Source of the DNA: Actinomycetota bacterium
Lineage (GTDB): Bacteria; Actinomycetota; Actinomycetes; Streptosporangiales; Streptosporangiaceae
Direction of reading: 5' to 3'
Length of the DNA: 37,856 nt
Assembly (NCBI GenBank): GCA_003541285.1
Contig: DPMS01000234.1
Span: 12,559 to 50,414 of the forward strand
A program made the position numbers and the translations under genes. This document shows positions 16,923 through 24,681 of this stretch, piece after piece (position 1 is the first letter of the stretch; every line of letters starts with the position of its first letter). The notes under the pieces were generated by a model. The model was not told the origin of the DNA and did not search any database. It saw only the letters and a list, made by a program, of their open reading frames with translations.

Positions 16923-19900
16923 TCACCCAGGTAGATGGTGCTGAGCGCGGGCAGGCCCCCGGGCCGCGTAGTTGAGGTAGCGGCGGAGGTGCCTGAGCCC
17001 TTCACTGGTGACAGATTCGGGGATGTCGCCGGCGCGGATGCTGCTGACGATTTCGATGCGGTAGCGGGCGCGGGTGATGGCCACGTTGAGCCTGCGCCAC
17101 CCGCCGTGCCTGCTGAGGGGGCCGAAGTTCATCGTGAGCTTGCCGTTCTCGTCTGGCCCGTAGCCGATGGACAAGATCAGGACGTCCCGTTCGTCGCCCT
17201 GGGCCGATTCGGCGTTCTTGACGAAGAACCCGCGCAGCCGGTGGGTGGTGAAGAACCTGTCCAGGTCGGGCCGCTGCTGACGGGCCTTGCCAAGGGCGGT
17301 CTCGATGGCGCTGGCCTGGGCTTCGCTGAGGGTCACCACGCCCAGGCTGAGGGCCGGGCGGGTGTCGTAGTGGTGGATGACCCGCTGCGCCACCCGCGCG
17401 GCCTCGTCCGGGTTGTCCCGTGAGGTTCCCCTCCGGTAAGTCCCCTCGCCATGGAACAGTTCCACGCCGGCATCGGGCCCGCCGCTGTCCCCGCCGGGCA
17501 AGGGGATCAGGCGGCCCTGGTAGAACGCGGCGCTGGAGAAAGCGATCAGTGCCTCATGCCGGGATCGGTAATGCCAGCGCAGGGTGAGGTTCTGGAACAC
17601 CCCGGATCCCTTCGCGAGGTCGAGGACCGATTCGAGGTCGGAGGTTTCTTCGGATTCCGCCGGCCACTCCTCCCCATCGTCCCGGGGGCCGCTGCCGGAG
17701 CAGCTGGCGGGTGGCAGCTGCTTCTGGTCTCCGGCCAGGATCAGGGCGCTGCCGCGGTAGATGCAGGTGATGGCATTGGCCGGGCTGATCTGGCTGGCCT
17801 CGTCGAAGATGACGACGTCGAAGTGCATGCCGGCGGGCAGGTACTGGCTGACCGCCAGCGGGGACATCATGAAGCACGGTTTGATCGCCTGGGTGACGTG
17901 GCGGGCCTGTTCGATGAGTTCCCGCACCGGCATGTGCTTCTTCTGCTTTTCCGCCTCGCGGCGGATGACAGCGGACTCGCCAGTGTCGCTGCGCGGGCGC
18001 CGGGCGTTGCAGGCGCGGATGATGTCGCCGGCCGCCGCCGCTCGCAGTGCCCTGTCCAGCCGCTGGTACTCACGGACCAGCGCGTCCCTGCCCACGGCCC
18101 GGAGCGGAGCGAGGGCCGGGTCGGTCCGCAGCTGGTATTCAGCCCATTCCTGCAGGAGTGCCCGTTCGATCACCTGGGGGACCTGGGCAGGCTCAACCCG
18201 TTCGGCGATGCAGAAATCAACGGCCGCATCCATGCCGCGGGCGGCCAGGGAGGCACGGGCCGCCTGGTAGGCATGCCATTCATCACGCCCGCTCGTGTCG
18301 TTGAACATGACTTCGAACAGCTCATCGCCGCCCTGGTAGTCGTCGAGTTCGGCGGCCAGTTCCCGGCGGCGATGCGGGCTGAACGCCGCCAGCAGGGCCG
18401 CGCAACCCTCGCGCCACGCATCAGCGGCCTTGGCCAGGCGGTCGGTCGGAACAGCGCTTTCGGCCGCCTTGAGGTGCGACGGGGTGAGCGGCACGTGCTC
18501 GTAGCCCGGCATCGCGCGCAGGCGCCGCGCCCACTCCAGCGCGGCCCGGAGTGCCGCGACGTCGGTTGCAACTCCTGCGTACAGCTGACCACACAGGTCC
18601 TGGAACACGTCATCCCGCGCGGCCAGCTGTGCGTGGGCAGAGTCGGCCGCCTCCCGCAGGGCCACCATCTGCCGGGCCTGGCCGAAGGTGAGCTGCCTGC
18701 CCTTGACCTCGCTGACCGCACGGGTGAACTCGCTCGCGGCATGCAGGGGCCCCGGGTGGGCCCGCAGCCACCAGATCGCCTCGGCGATCGTGCCGTTCAG
18801 CAGTTCCGGGCGCGCGGCAGTCGCGGGCGGCGGCGCGAGAGTCGCCTGCCAGGCAGAAAGGTCCTGGCGGATCTCAGTCAAGGTTGCGGTGATAACCGGC
18901 TTCGGAACTGCGTCACGGGAGATGTGTCCGGCGGCCTGCGACAGGTCCTGCCCGCGAGCGCAGCGCACGGCGGTTGCGGCATGGGCGAGCGCCCGGCCGA
19001 GCCGGTCGAAGTCCGTGCCCCGGCCGATGTAATGCGGGCCGAGCAGCGTGGCGTGGCTCGCCTCGGCTGCGGCGAGCGCCTGCGCGGCGTGCTTCCAGGC
19101 GGCGGCGAGCCCGAGGTGCTCCTGCGCCGTCTCCACGGCTATCCCCTCCCTGGTGAACGCCGCGACGGTCTTCTTGTCGGCCCGGTACTCCCCGGACAGT
19201 TTGCCGAGGCGGTGATGGTCGTCCGCGAACCGCTGTGCCAGGCCGCCCACGTCGTGGCGGAGCGCGTCGCGGGTGAAGTAGGCGCTGGCGTCAGCTTCCG
19301 CTCTGTCCAGCGCGCGGTGGGCATCGTAGAGAACCCGCCCGGCGGTGCTGGCCGCCTGGTGACCGGGGACCGACAGCCAGGCTCGTTCGGGACGGTCGGG
19401 TTCTCCGGCCAGCCGGGCGAGGACCAGCACGTCGTTGGCCTGGCTGAAGGTCGCGGGAGCGCGGAGGCCGAGCATGCTGGCCAGGCCGGACAGCGTGACC
19501 AGCCGTTTTTCCAGCAGGCCAGCGCCCGCCGAGAAGTCCCGCGCGAGCCCGGCGATCTGCCCGGCGGTCAAGCCGCTGACGTCGGCGCAGGCCGGGGTCA
19601 GCGCCGCAAGGGCCTTGGAGTCGATCACGGGCAGCGCATCCTGCCGCGGTATCGCCGGCCAGGGGACTCCGGCAGCCTGAGAGGCCTGGCTTTCCCGGGC
19701 AGCGATCGCGGTGAGCGCGGCGGCGAGCTGGGCAACCGCCGTATCCACCGCGTCGAGCGTGTCCACCGTCAGCCACTCGTCCGGCAGCGCCTCCGGCCAC
19801 GTCATCAGATGGTCCACCAACCCGGCGAGGGCCTCCGCGTGAGACGGGCGGGTCAGCCCGGTGGCGTCGGCCAGTGTCTGGTTGACCCGGACCACCCCGG

Positions 19901-21488
19901 CGAGTGCTTCCAGGGCGGATGCTGCCTGGTAGAGCCGGTCGTCCAGCGAGCCCCGCTCGGTTACGCCGCGCCAGGCGAACGGCCGCCCCTGCGCGGCCGG
20001 CCGCCAGGCAGCCGCCAGGGCCGCCGCGGTGCGGCGGATTTCGCCGAACACCTCCGCTGTCAGGTGCACCGGGGCAAGACCCATGGCGGGAGCGGCAGGA
20101 ACCGCGTGCAGGCTGGCGATCATCCCGAGGACGTCATGCAGCGAGTACCCGAGCGGATCCCGTACACGGTTCACGGCGTTGGCGTACGCGGTGAGCTGCT
20201 CCCGGCGCCTGCGGGCCGCGTCCATGTCCATGGGCGGCACAGTTGCGGGCGCGGCAGGTACCGTGTCCAGCGCCTTGCCCAGCGACACGGCCACCTCTTT
20301 GCGCGTCGCGTTGTGCGAATGCAGGTCCAGCAGGTACCCGCCCAGCCCGGCCTCGGTCAGCCGGTCCCGCACCACGTCGAGCGCGGCAGCCTTCTCCGAT
20401 ACGAACAGCACGGTCTTGCCCGCGTGCAGCAGGGCACCGATCGTGTTCGCGATCGTCTGGCTCTTGCCCGTGCCCGGAGGGCCGTTCATTACGAACGAAC
20501 GGCCGCCGAGCGCGGCCGCGACGCAGGCCCGCTGCGAGGAGTCGGCGTCCAAGATCACCGGGGGGACCTCAGGGGCCGCGCGCGTGCCAGTCTGGTGCCC
20601 TGCGGTCTCCTCGAAGACGGGCCCGGACCAGGTCAGCCCGCGAGCAGCCAGGGCCCTCACCGCCGGGTGCACCGCGGCCAGGTCCTCATGATCGAGCAGG
20701 TCCCGGTACATCGCTCCCTTCATGAACGAGAAACACGAGAGCGCGGCGCTTTCGCTGACCTGCCAGCCATCCCTGGCAGCGACCGCTGCGCGGACCGCGT
20801 CCAGGAGCCCGCTCGGCGTGACCTCCGCCGGGTCGTCTACGCGGGGCAGCGCGAGCCCGTACTGGGACAGCTTCAGGCTGAGCGCCGGATTGACGGCCGG
20901 GTCATCGTCGGTCGGCTCCAGCATCGGCGGTTGCCGTGGCTCGGTGGTCACCAGCCGGACCGGCACCAGCAGCAACGGGCTCGTGTAGCGGGCCCGGTCC
21001 CGGTCGGTCCACGTCAAAGTACCGAACGCCAGGTACAGGACCGGCAAGCCCCGGTCCAGGTACTCCCGGTTCGAGTGCCGCATGAGCGCCCGGAGTGCGG
21101 CATCGAGGTCGTCCGGGTCCTTGCTGGTGTCGAGGATGTACGGAGCCGGTGGCGGGACCGCAGCCGCCGCACCGGCAGTCCGTTCACTTTCATCTGCTGG
21201 CTGGGTGTGTGCTTCCTCGCCCGCCCAGGGCTCGGTCGGCCAAGGCTTCAGGGACCGGAACGTGAAAGTGCCACCCGCCCTGAGGCGCGCGAGGATGTCA
21301 TCAGCAGAGGGGCGGGACACCCCCACCATGCCGGTCCTGCCCGGCCTGAAGTCGATGAGCCGGTTTGCCGCCGTGAGGTCGATGAGGCTGTCCCGCCAGC
21401 TGCTGATCGCAGAGCGGATGAGTGCCTCCCGGCCGGCTGCAGGCCGGCTGCTGTCTTTGTCCAGCACGCCGCGCCTCTCCATTCGCAT
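16923..21488 (-). CDS. DUF4011-type large SF1 (Upf1/DNA2-like) helicase, 1521 aa
   Basis: N-terminus SWRDSLIDLTAANRLIDFRP (DUF4011-like). Walker A GPPGTGKS at 20460-20483 (aa 336-343). DEASQ at 17790-17804 (aa 1229-1233). ILAGDQKQLPP, LRWHYRSRHEALI, and motif VI RRLNVAITRARYRIEIV 45 aa from the C-terminus. Confidence 0.85.
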   Translation of the reverse strand: MRMERRGVLDKDSSRPAAGREALIRSAISSWRDSLIDLTAANRLIDFRPGRTGMVGVSRPSADDILARLRAGGTFTFRSLKPWPTEPWAGEEAHTQPADESERTAGAAAAVPPPAPYILDTSKDPDDLDAALRALMRHSNREYLDRGLPVLYLAFGTLTWTDRDRARYTSPLLLVPVRLVTTEPRQPPMLEPTDDDPAVNPALSLKLSQYGLALPRVDDPAEVTPSGLLDAVRAAVAARDGWQVSESAALSCFSFMKGAMYRDLLDHEDLAAVHPAVRALAARGLTWSGPVFEETAGHQTGTRAAPEVPPVILDADSSQRACVAAALGGRSFVMNGPPGTGKSQTIANTIGALLHAGKTVLFVSEKAAALDVVRDRLTEAGLGGYLLDLHSHNATRKEVAVSLGKALDTVPAAPATVPPMDMDAARRRREQLTAYANAVNRVRDPLGYSLHDVLGMIASLHAVPAAPAMGLAPVHLTAEVFGEIRRTAAALAAAWRPAAQGRPFAWRGVTERGSLDDRLYQAASALEALAGVVRVNQTLADATGLTRPSHAEALAGLVDHLMTWPEALPDEWLTVDTLDAVDTAVAQLAAALTAIAARESQASQAAGVPWPAIPRQDALPVIDSKALAALTPACADVSGLTAGQIAGLARDFSAGAGLLEKRLVTLSGLASMLGLRAPATFSQANDVLVLARLAGEPDRPERAWLSVPGHQAASTAGRVLYDAHRALDRAEADASAYFTRDALRHDVGGLAQRFADDHHRLGKLSGEYRADKKTVAAFTREGIAVETAQEHLGLAAAWKHAAQALAAAEASHATLLGPHYIGRGTDFDRLGRALAHAATAVRCARGQDLSQAAGHISRDAVPKPVITATLTEIRQDLSAWQATLAPPPATAARPELLNGTIAEAIWWLRAHPGPLHAASEFTRAVSEVKGRQLTFGQARQMVALREAADSAHAQLAARDDVFQDLCGQLYAGVATDVAALRAALEWARRLRAMPGYEHVPLTPSHLKAAESAVPTDRLAKAADAWREGCAALLAAFSPHRRRELAAELDDYQGGDELFEVMFNDTSGRDEWHAYQAARASLAARGMDAAVDFCIAERVEPAQVPQVIERALLQEWAEYQLRTDPALAPLRAVGRDALVREYQRLDRALRAAAAGDIIRACNARRPRSDTGESAVIRREAEKQKKHMPVRELIEQARHVTQAIKPCFMMSPLAVSQYLPAGMHFDVVIFDEASQISPANAITCIYRGSALILAGDQKQLPPASCSGSGPRDDGEEWPAESEETSDLESVLDLAKGSGVFQNLTLRWHYRSRHEALIAFSSAAFYQGRLIPLPGGDSGGPDAGVELFHGEGTYRRGTSRDNPDEAARVAQRVIHHYDTRPALSLGVVTLSEAQASAIETALGKARQQRPDLDRFFTTHRLRGFFVKNAESAQGDERDVLILSIGYGPDENGKLTMNFGPLSRHGGWRRLNVAITRARYRIEIVSSIRAGDIPESVTSEGLRHLRRYLNYAARGPARAQHHLPG

Positions 21489-22218
21489 CGACTACATCAG
21501 GGCGCGGTACCTACGCAACCCGCCGCATCTGATCGTTCCGGCTGTCGCGGCGGGCAATGCCCTCGGCGCCGGCCCCCGAAGACTATCCGGTTGAAAAACC
21601 AGGTGTGGTGCCCATGCGCATTGCGGGCAAGGTTCGCAGGTCCGGGTTCCGGGTCGCCGGGTGTGCATGGGCGGCTGTGCGCCGGATGGCCACGCCCGGC
21701 CGCCTGCCCGGCCGCGGCCGTTGCCGAGGCGGCAACGCTCACGCTGGCGCCGGCAGTGGCCCCGTAGCTTACCCCGGCCGCCGCCGCCGATGAAGTCCTA
21801 TCCCCGCTTACGGCGGCCGTGACGCGGAGCCCGCAGGCGGCGGCCGCGCTGCATGTGCGGACCGCGGGTCGGCCGGTGCCACCCGGACACGGCTGGACTG
21901 CCTGACCGTGATTCGGTTGAAGGGTGGCTGAGCCCATTGTCCGTCCGGTGGCGAGACCGCGACCTGGGTACCAGCCATCACGGGTTCGGTGGCGGCGGCT
22001 TCGTACCGCTTGCCGAAGTGAGTTCACCCAGCGGCTGAGACATGGCAGGTTGCTGCCGGGGCAGGGGGCCGTCCGGTAAACGGTGCTTCGAGCCTGGTAT
22101 GACCTGAATTACGGATGTGTGTGCGCCTTATCACCAGCCCAAACTGCCACAGCAGCAGCGCTTTCAATCCCGGGGACGCCAGGCCGGGGCGGGCAGTGAA
22201 TGAATGTGAGAACCGAGG

Positions 22219-22248
22219 TTGCGCTGCCGATGCCGGTCATCATATTCT
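22219..22248 (+). promoter_or_regulatory. candidate promoter inside the AT-rich patch (about 22080-22400) upstream of the TIR cassette
   Basis: TTGCGC (22219-22224), an 18-nt spacer, then TATTCT (22243-22248). It lies in the most A/T-rich stretch of the 1.3-kb divergent intergenic region. This is motif-level evidence only. Confidence 0.2.
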
Positions 22249-22585
22249 GCTCTGGCGAATGCACGTCAAAACACAGTGAAAGGTGCTTAACGAACGCAGT
22301 GTGGAGGCGACTGCCTCGGACAGCCGATCACCCCGCGATCTGACGGCCCTGTGGTGATCGTTCCTTGCGGCGCTAGCAATCCCTATTTATTGGGTAGCTT
22401 TCAGGCGGGTTGTGGCCCCCAGCGCCGATGATCGGTCCCGGATGGCTGTCAGCCGGTCAACTCAGGCGCCAGTTCCCGTTACTGGGCAAGACCGCCAGAG
22501 GTCCGTGCCGTTGGCCGGCGTATGGGCCCGGAGCACGGAACCTTGCAGGCGCTGCGGGCGGGCGGACATAGGAGGGGACCGCGCG

Positions 22586-22807
22586 GTGATCAAGCAACCG
22601 CATGGCCGGGGGACTGGCCGCACAATCATCAGCTGGCACCTGTTCGCCAGGCCCGGCTTCCGCACTGGCAGTACCCGGTACTCGCGGAGCCCTTCCGCTG
22701 GCCCGCCAGCTGTTCTGCTCCACAGCACCTTTGTGCCTAGATTGGCTGAATCGTCTATGAGTGGTGCGATCCCTGACAAGCCACGCTGCTCAGGGAGGTG
22801 GATGTGA
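22586..22807 (+). CDS. candidate small ORF (73 codons from GTG 22586; frame open from 22412) translationally coupled to the TIR gene
   Basis: GGAGGGGA at 22571-22578 precedes GTG 22586. Stop TGA 22805-22807 overlaps GTG 22804 of the TIR gene (GTGA). The product is Arg/Ser/Gly/Pro-rich with scattered aromatics (SWHLFARPGFRTGSTRYSR). GC3 is about 71% by hand count, which does not discriminate it from the overlapping frame 22522..22740. Confidence 0.25.
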   Translation: MIKQPHGRGTGRTIISWHLFARPGFRTGSTRYSRSPSAGPPAVLLHSTFVPRLAESSMSGAIPDKPRCSGRWM

Positions 22808-24681
22808 ACATTTTCCTGAGCTACGCTGAGGAAGATAGCAGAATCGCCAGCAGGATTGCGGACCGGCTGACTGAGGCTGGTCACACGATCTTCAACTGGA
22901 TGGATCCGGTACAGAGGGGAGGGCGGTTCAGGCCACAGATCGAAGACCGTATAAGGCGTTCACATGCCTTCCTTGCCCTGCTGTCCCCGGATTTTCGCGA
23001 GTCGAACTGGTGTGGAATAGAACTCGATATGGCCATTCACCGCGAGCAAAGGCTCCAGGCCGACGATCCCAGCGCGGCCTTTATCAACGTGGCCGCCATC
23101 GCGAACGTTCCGCCCGCGGACGCCGGGGTTCTCGGCAGCTACGACTGGGTGGACATGTACAGCCCGGGGAAGGTCGAAGAGGGGCTTCGGCAGCTGGCCG
23201 GCCGGTTCGAGCGCGCCGAGGAACTGCTTTCTACCGCAGTGAACCCTGGCGGGCCCCGGCCGGCCAGCGACATCGAACCAGTCTTCCGTAACCGCCACGA
23301 CGAGCTGCAGAGGGTATTAAATGGGCTTGCCAATGCGGCGGGCCCGCACTTCTGGCTCGTGGTCGCACCACCCCAACTCGGTAGGACCTGGTTCCTCGAA
23401 CGCGTCAGCCACGATGACGCATTCTCCAAGCCTGTTCCCTGGGTCGTGAGGCTGCTTGACCTACGTTCGCAGCCAGCCGAGGTGCGTGCCGACCCAGTGG
23501 CGCTGCTCACGCTCCTGTTCGGAAATACCTCGCCGGCGGCTGCCGGGCAGAGCCCACGCCGCATCGCACAGGAGATCCTCAGGAGCGGACGGCCCAATCT
23601 GTGCCTGGTAGACAACGCCGAGTTGCTTACCGAAGAAACGGCCACTGCCCTGCGGGTGAGCCTGGGCCAGATCTACCGTTTCGTCCAGGACATGGGAAAG
23701 AGAGATCTTCGTCTCGCACTTATCGTGGCCAGCCGCCGGGACGATGGATGGCGAGGGGTTACTCCGCCGCCACGCCTTTCAGCCCTGCCGCTCACCGAAT
23801 TCACCCCCGATGTCGTGCAGCAAGCCCTGCGCGAGCTTTCCGATGCTATGGGAAACACCTTTTCCCCGGCGGAGTTCACAAGAAATGCCGCCCGCGTCCA
23901 TAGCGTGACCGAGGGGCTGCCCGCCCTGCTCGTGCGCTGCCTCCAGTGGGTACGGGAGGAGGAGTGGGTTGAGATGGACCGCCTGGAGACGCAGGACCTG
24001 TTCGAAGAACTCGCGGGCCCCTACGTCCGGGAGGAACTCCTCACGCCGGCGAGCCTGCTCCCCGATAGCCGGAAGGAAGCCGGCGGGCAACTGGCGGCAC
24101 TGGTGGACGCGTGCCGGGTGCTGACGCCATACCGCCTCTTCACCATGTCTCACCTGCGCCACCATCTGGATTCCGATGCTGGCTTCCGCGAAGCCCTGTC
24201 GGCTGCGGGCTGGGCACTGGCAGATCTGTCGGAGGCTATCAGCGACACCGCCCTGCTGCGCCGGCCGCTGAACGAACCATGGAAGGAGATGCACGCGGCG
24301 ATCCGCCGGCTGCTGTTCCGTCACTTCTACCGGTCACCGGAGCAACGGAGCCTGGCGCACGACGAGGCCCGCCAGTTCGTGGAGATCTGGGCAGACAAGC
24401 AAGTCGGCACCGAGCAGGTCGTTGGCTTGGTGGAGTGCCTGTGGCACGAAGCCAGCGCACTTTGCCTCCGCGACCCTGCCGAGATGAAGCCGAGGTTGTC
24501 CGAATCGGCAAAGAAACTGTCATCCGCACTCCGCGCCTCTGCCGCCTTTACGCTCGATGAACTCCGGGATTTTGCGGCGGAGCGGATGAAGAATGACGGC
24601 GAACTTGAGGAAGTTGTCGGCGATGGCGATGGCCTGCTCAGCCGGCTCGTCGAGATCGTACTGAATCCAGAGGATTCATGA
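22798..24681 (+). CDS. TIR-domain protein with degenerate STAND-like NTPase module and helical C-terminus
   Basis: N-terminus VNIFLSYAEEDSRIASRIADRL...AFLALLSPDFRESNWCGIELDMA (TIR; conserved Glu codon at 23020-23022). Then FRNRHDELQRVL...HFWLVVAPPQLGRTWFLERV (P-loop position reads GRT, 23365-23388) and CLVDNAELL (Walker-B-like). GGGAGG RBS; the start is GTG 22798 or 22804. Confidence 0.85.
   Translation: MDVNIFLSYAEEDSRIASRIADRLTEAGHTIFNWMDPVQRGGRFRPQIEDRIRRSHAFLALLSPDFRESNWCGIELDMAIHREQRLQADDPSAAFINVAAIANVPPADAGVLGSYDWVDMYSPGKVEEGLRQLAGRFERAEELLSTAVNPGGPRPASDIEPVFRNRHDELQRVLNGLANAAGPHFWLVVAPPQLGRTWFLERVSHDDAFSKPVPWVVRLLDLRSQPAEVRADPVALLTLLFGNTSPAAAGQSPRRIAQEILRSGRPNLCLVDNAELLTEETATALRVSLGQIYRFVQDMGKRDLRLALIVASRRDDGWRGVTPPPRLSALPLTEFTPDVVQQALRELSDAMGNTFSPAEFTRNAARVHSVTEGLPALLVRCLQWVREEEWVEMDRLETQDLFEELAGPYVREELLTPASLLPDSRKEAGGQLAALVDACRVLTPYRLFTMSHLRHHLDSDAGFREALSAAGWALADLSEAISDTALLRRPLNEPWKEMHAAIRRLLFRHFYRSPEQRSLAHDEARQFVEIWADKQVGTEQVVGLVECLWHEASALCLRDPAEMKPRLSESAKKLSSALRASAAFTLDELRDFAAERMKNDGELEEVVGDGDGLLSRLVEIVLNPEDS

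Noticed and set aside
17451-21767. 1438-aa ORF on the plus strand, antisense to the helicase gene
   Set aside because: The translation is Arg/Gly/Pro/Ala-rich and low in complexity, with no recognisable motif. It is the typical shadow ORF opposite a real high-GC gene, and the minus-strand frame carries clear helicase motifs.
21497-22027. 176-aa minus-strand ORF in the divergent intergenic region
   Set aside because: It is Ala/Gly/Arg/Ser-rich and low in complexity, with no RBS and no motif. It begins only 9 nt from the helicase start on the same strand, which makes an independent gene implausible. I treated it as non-coding or decayed DNA.
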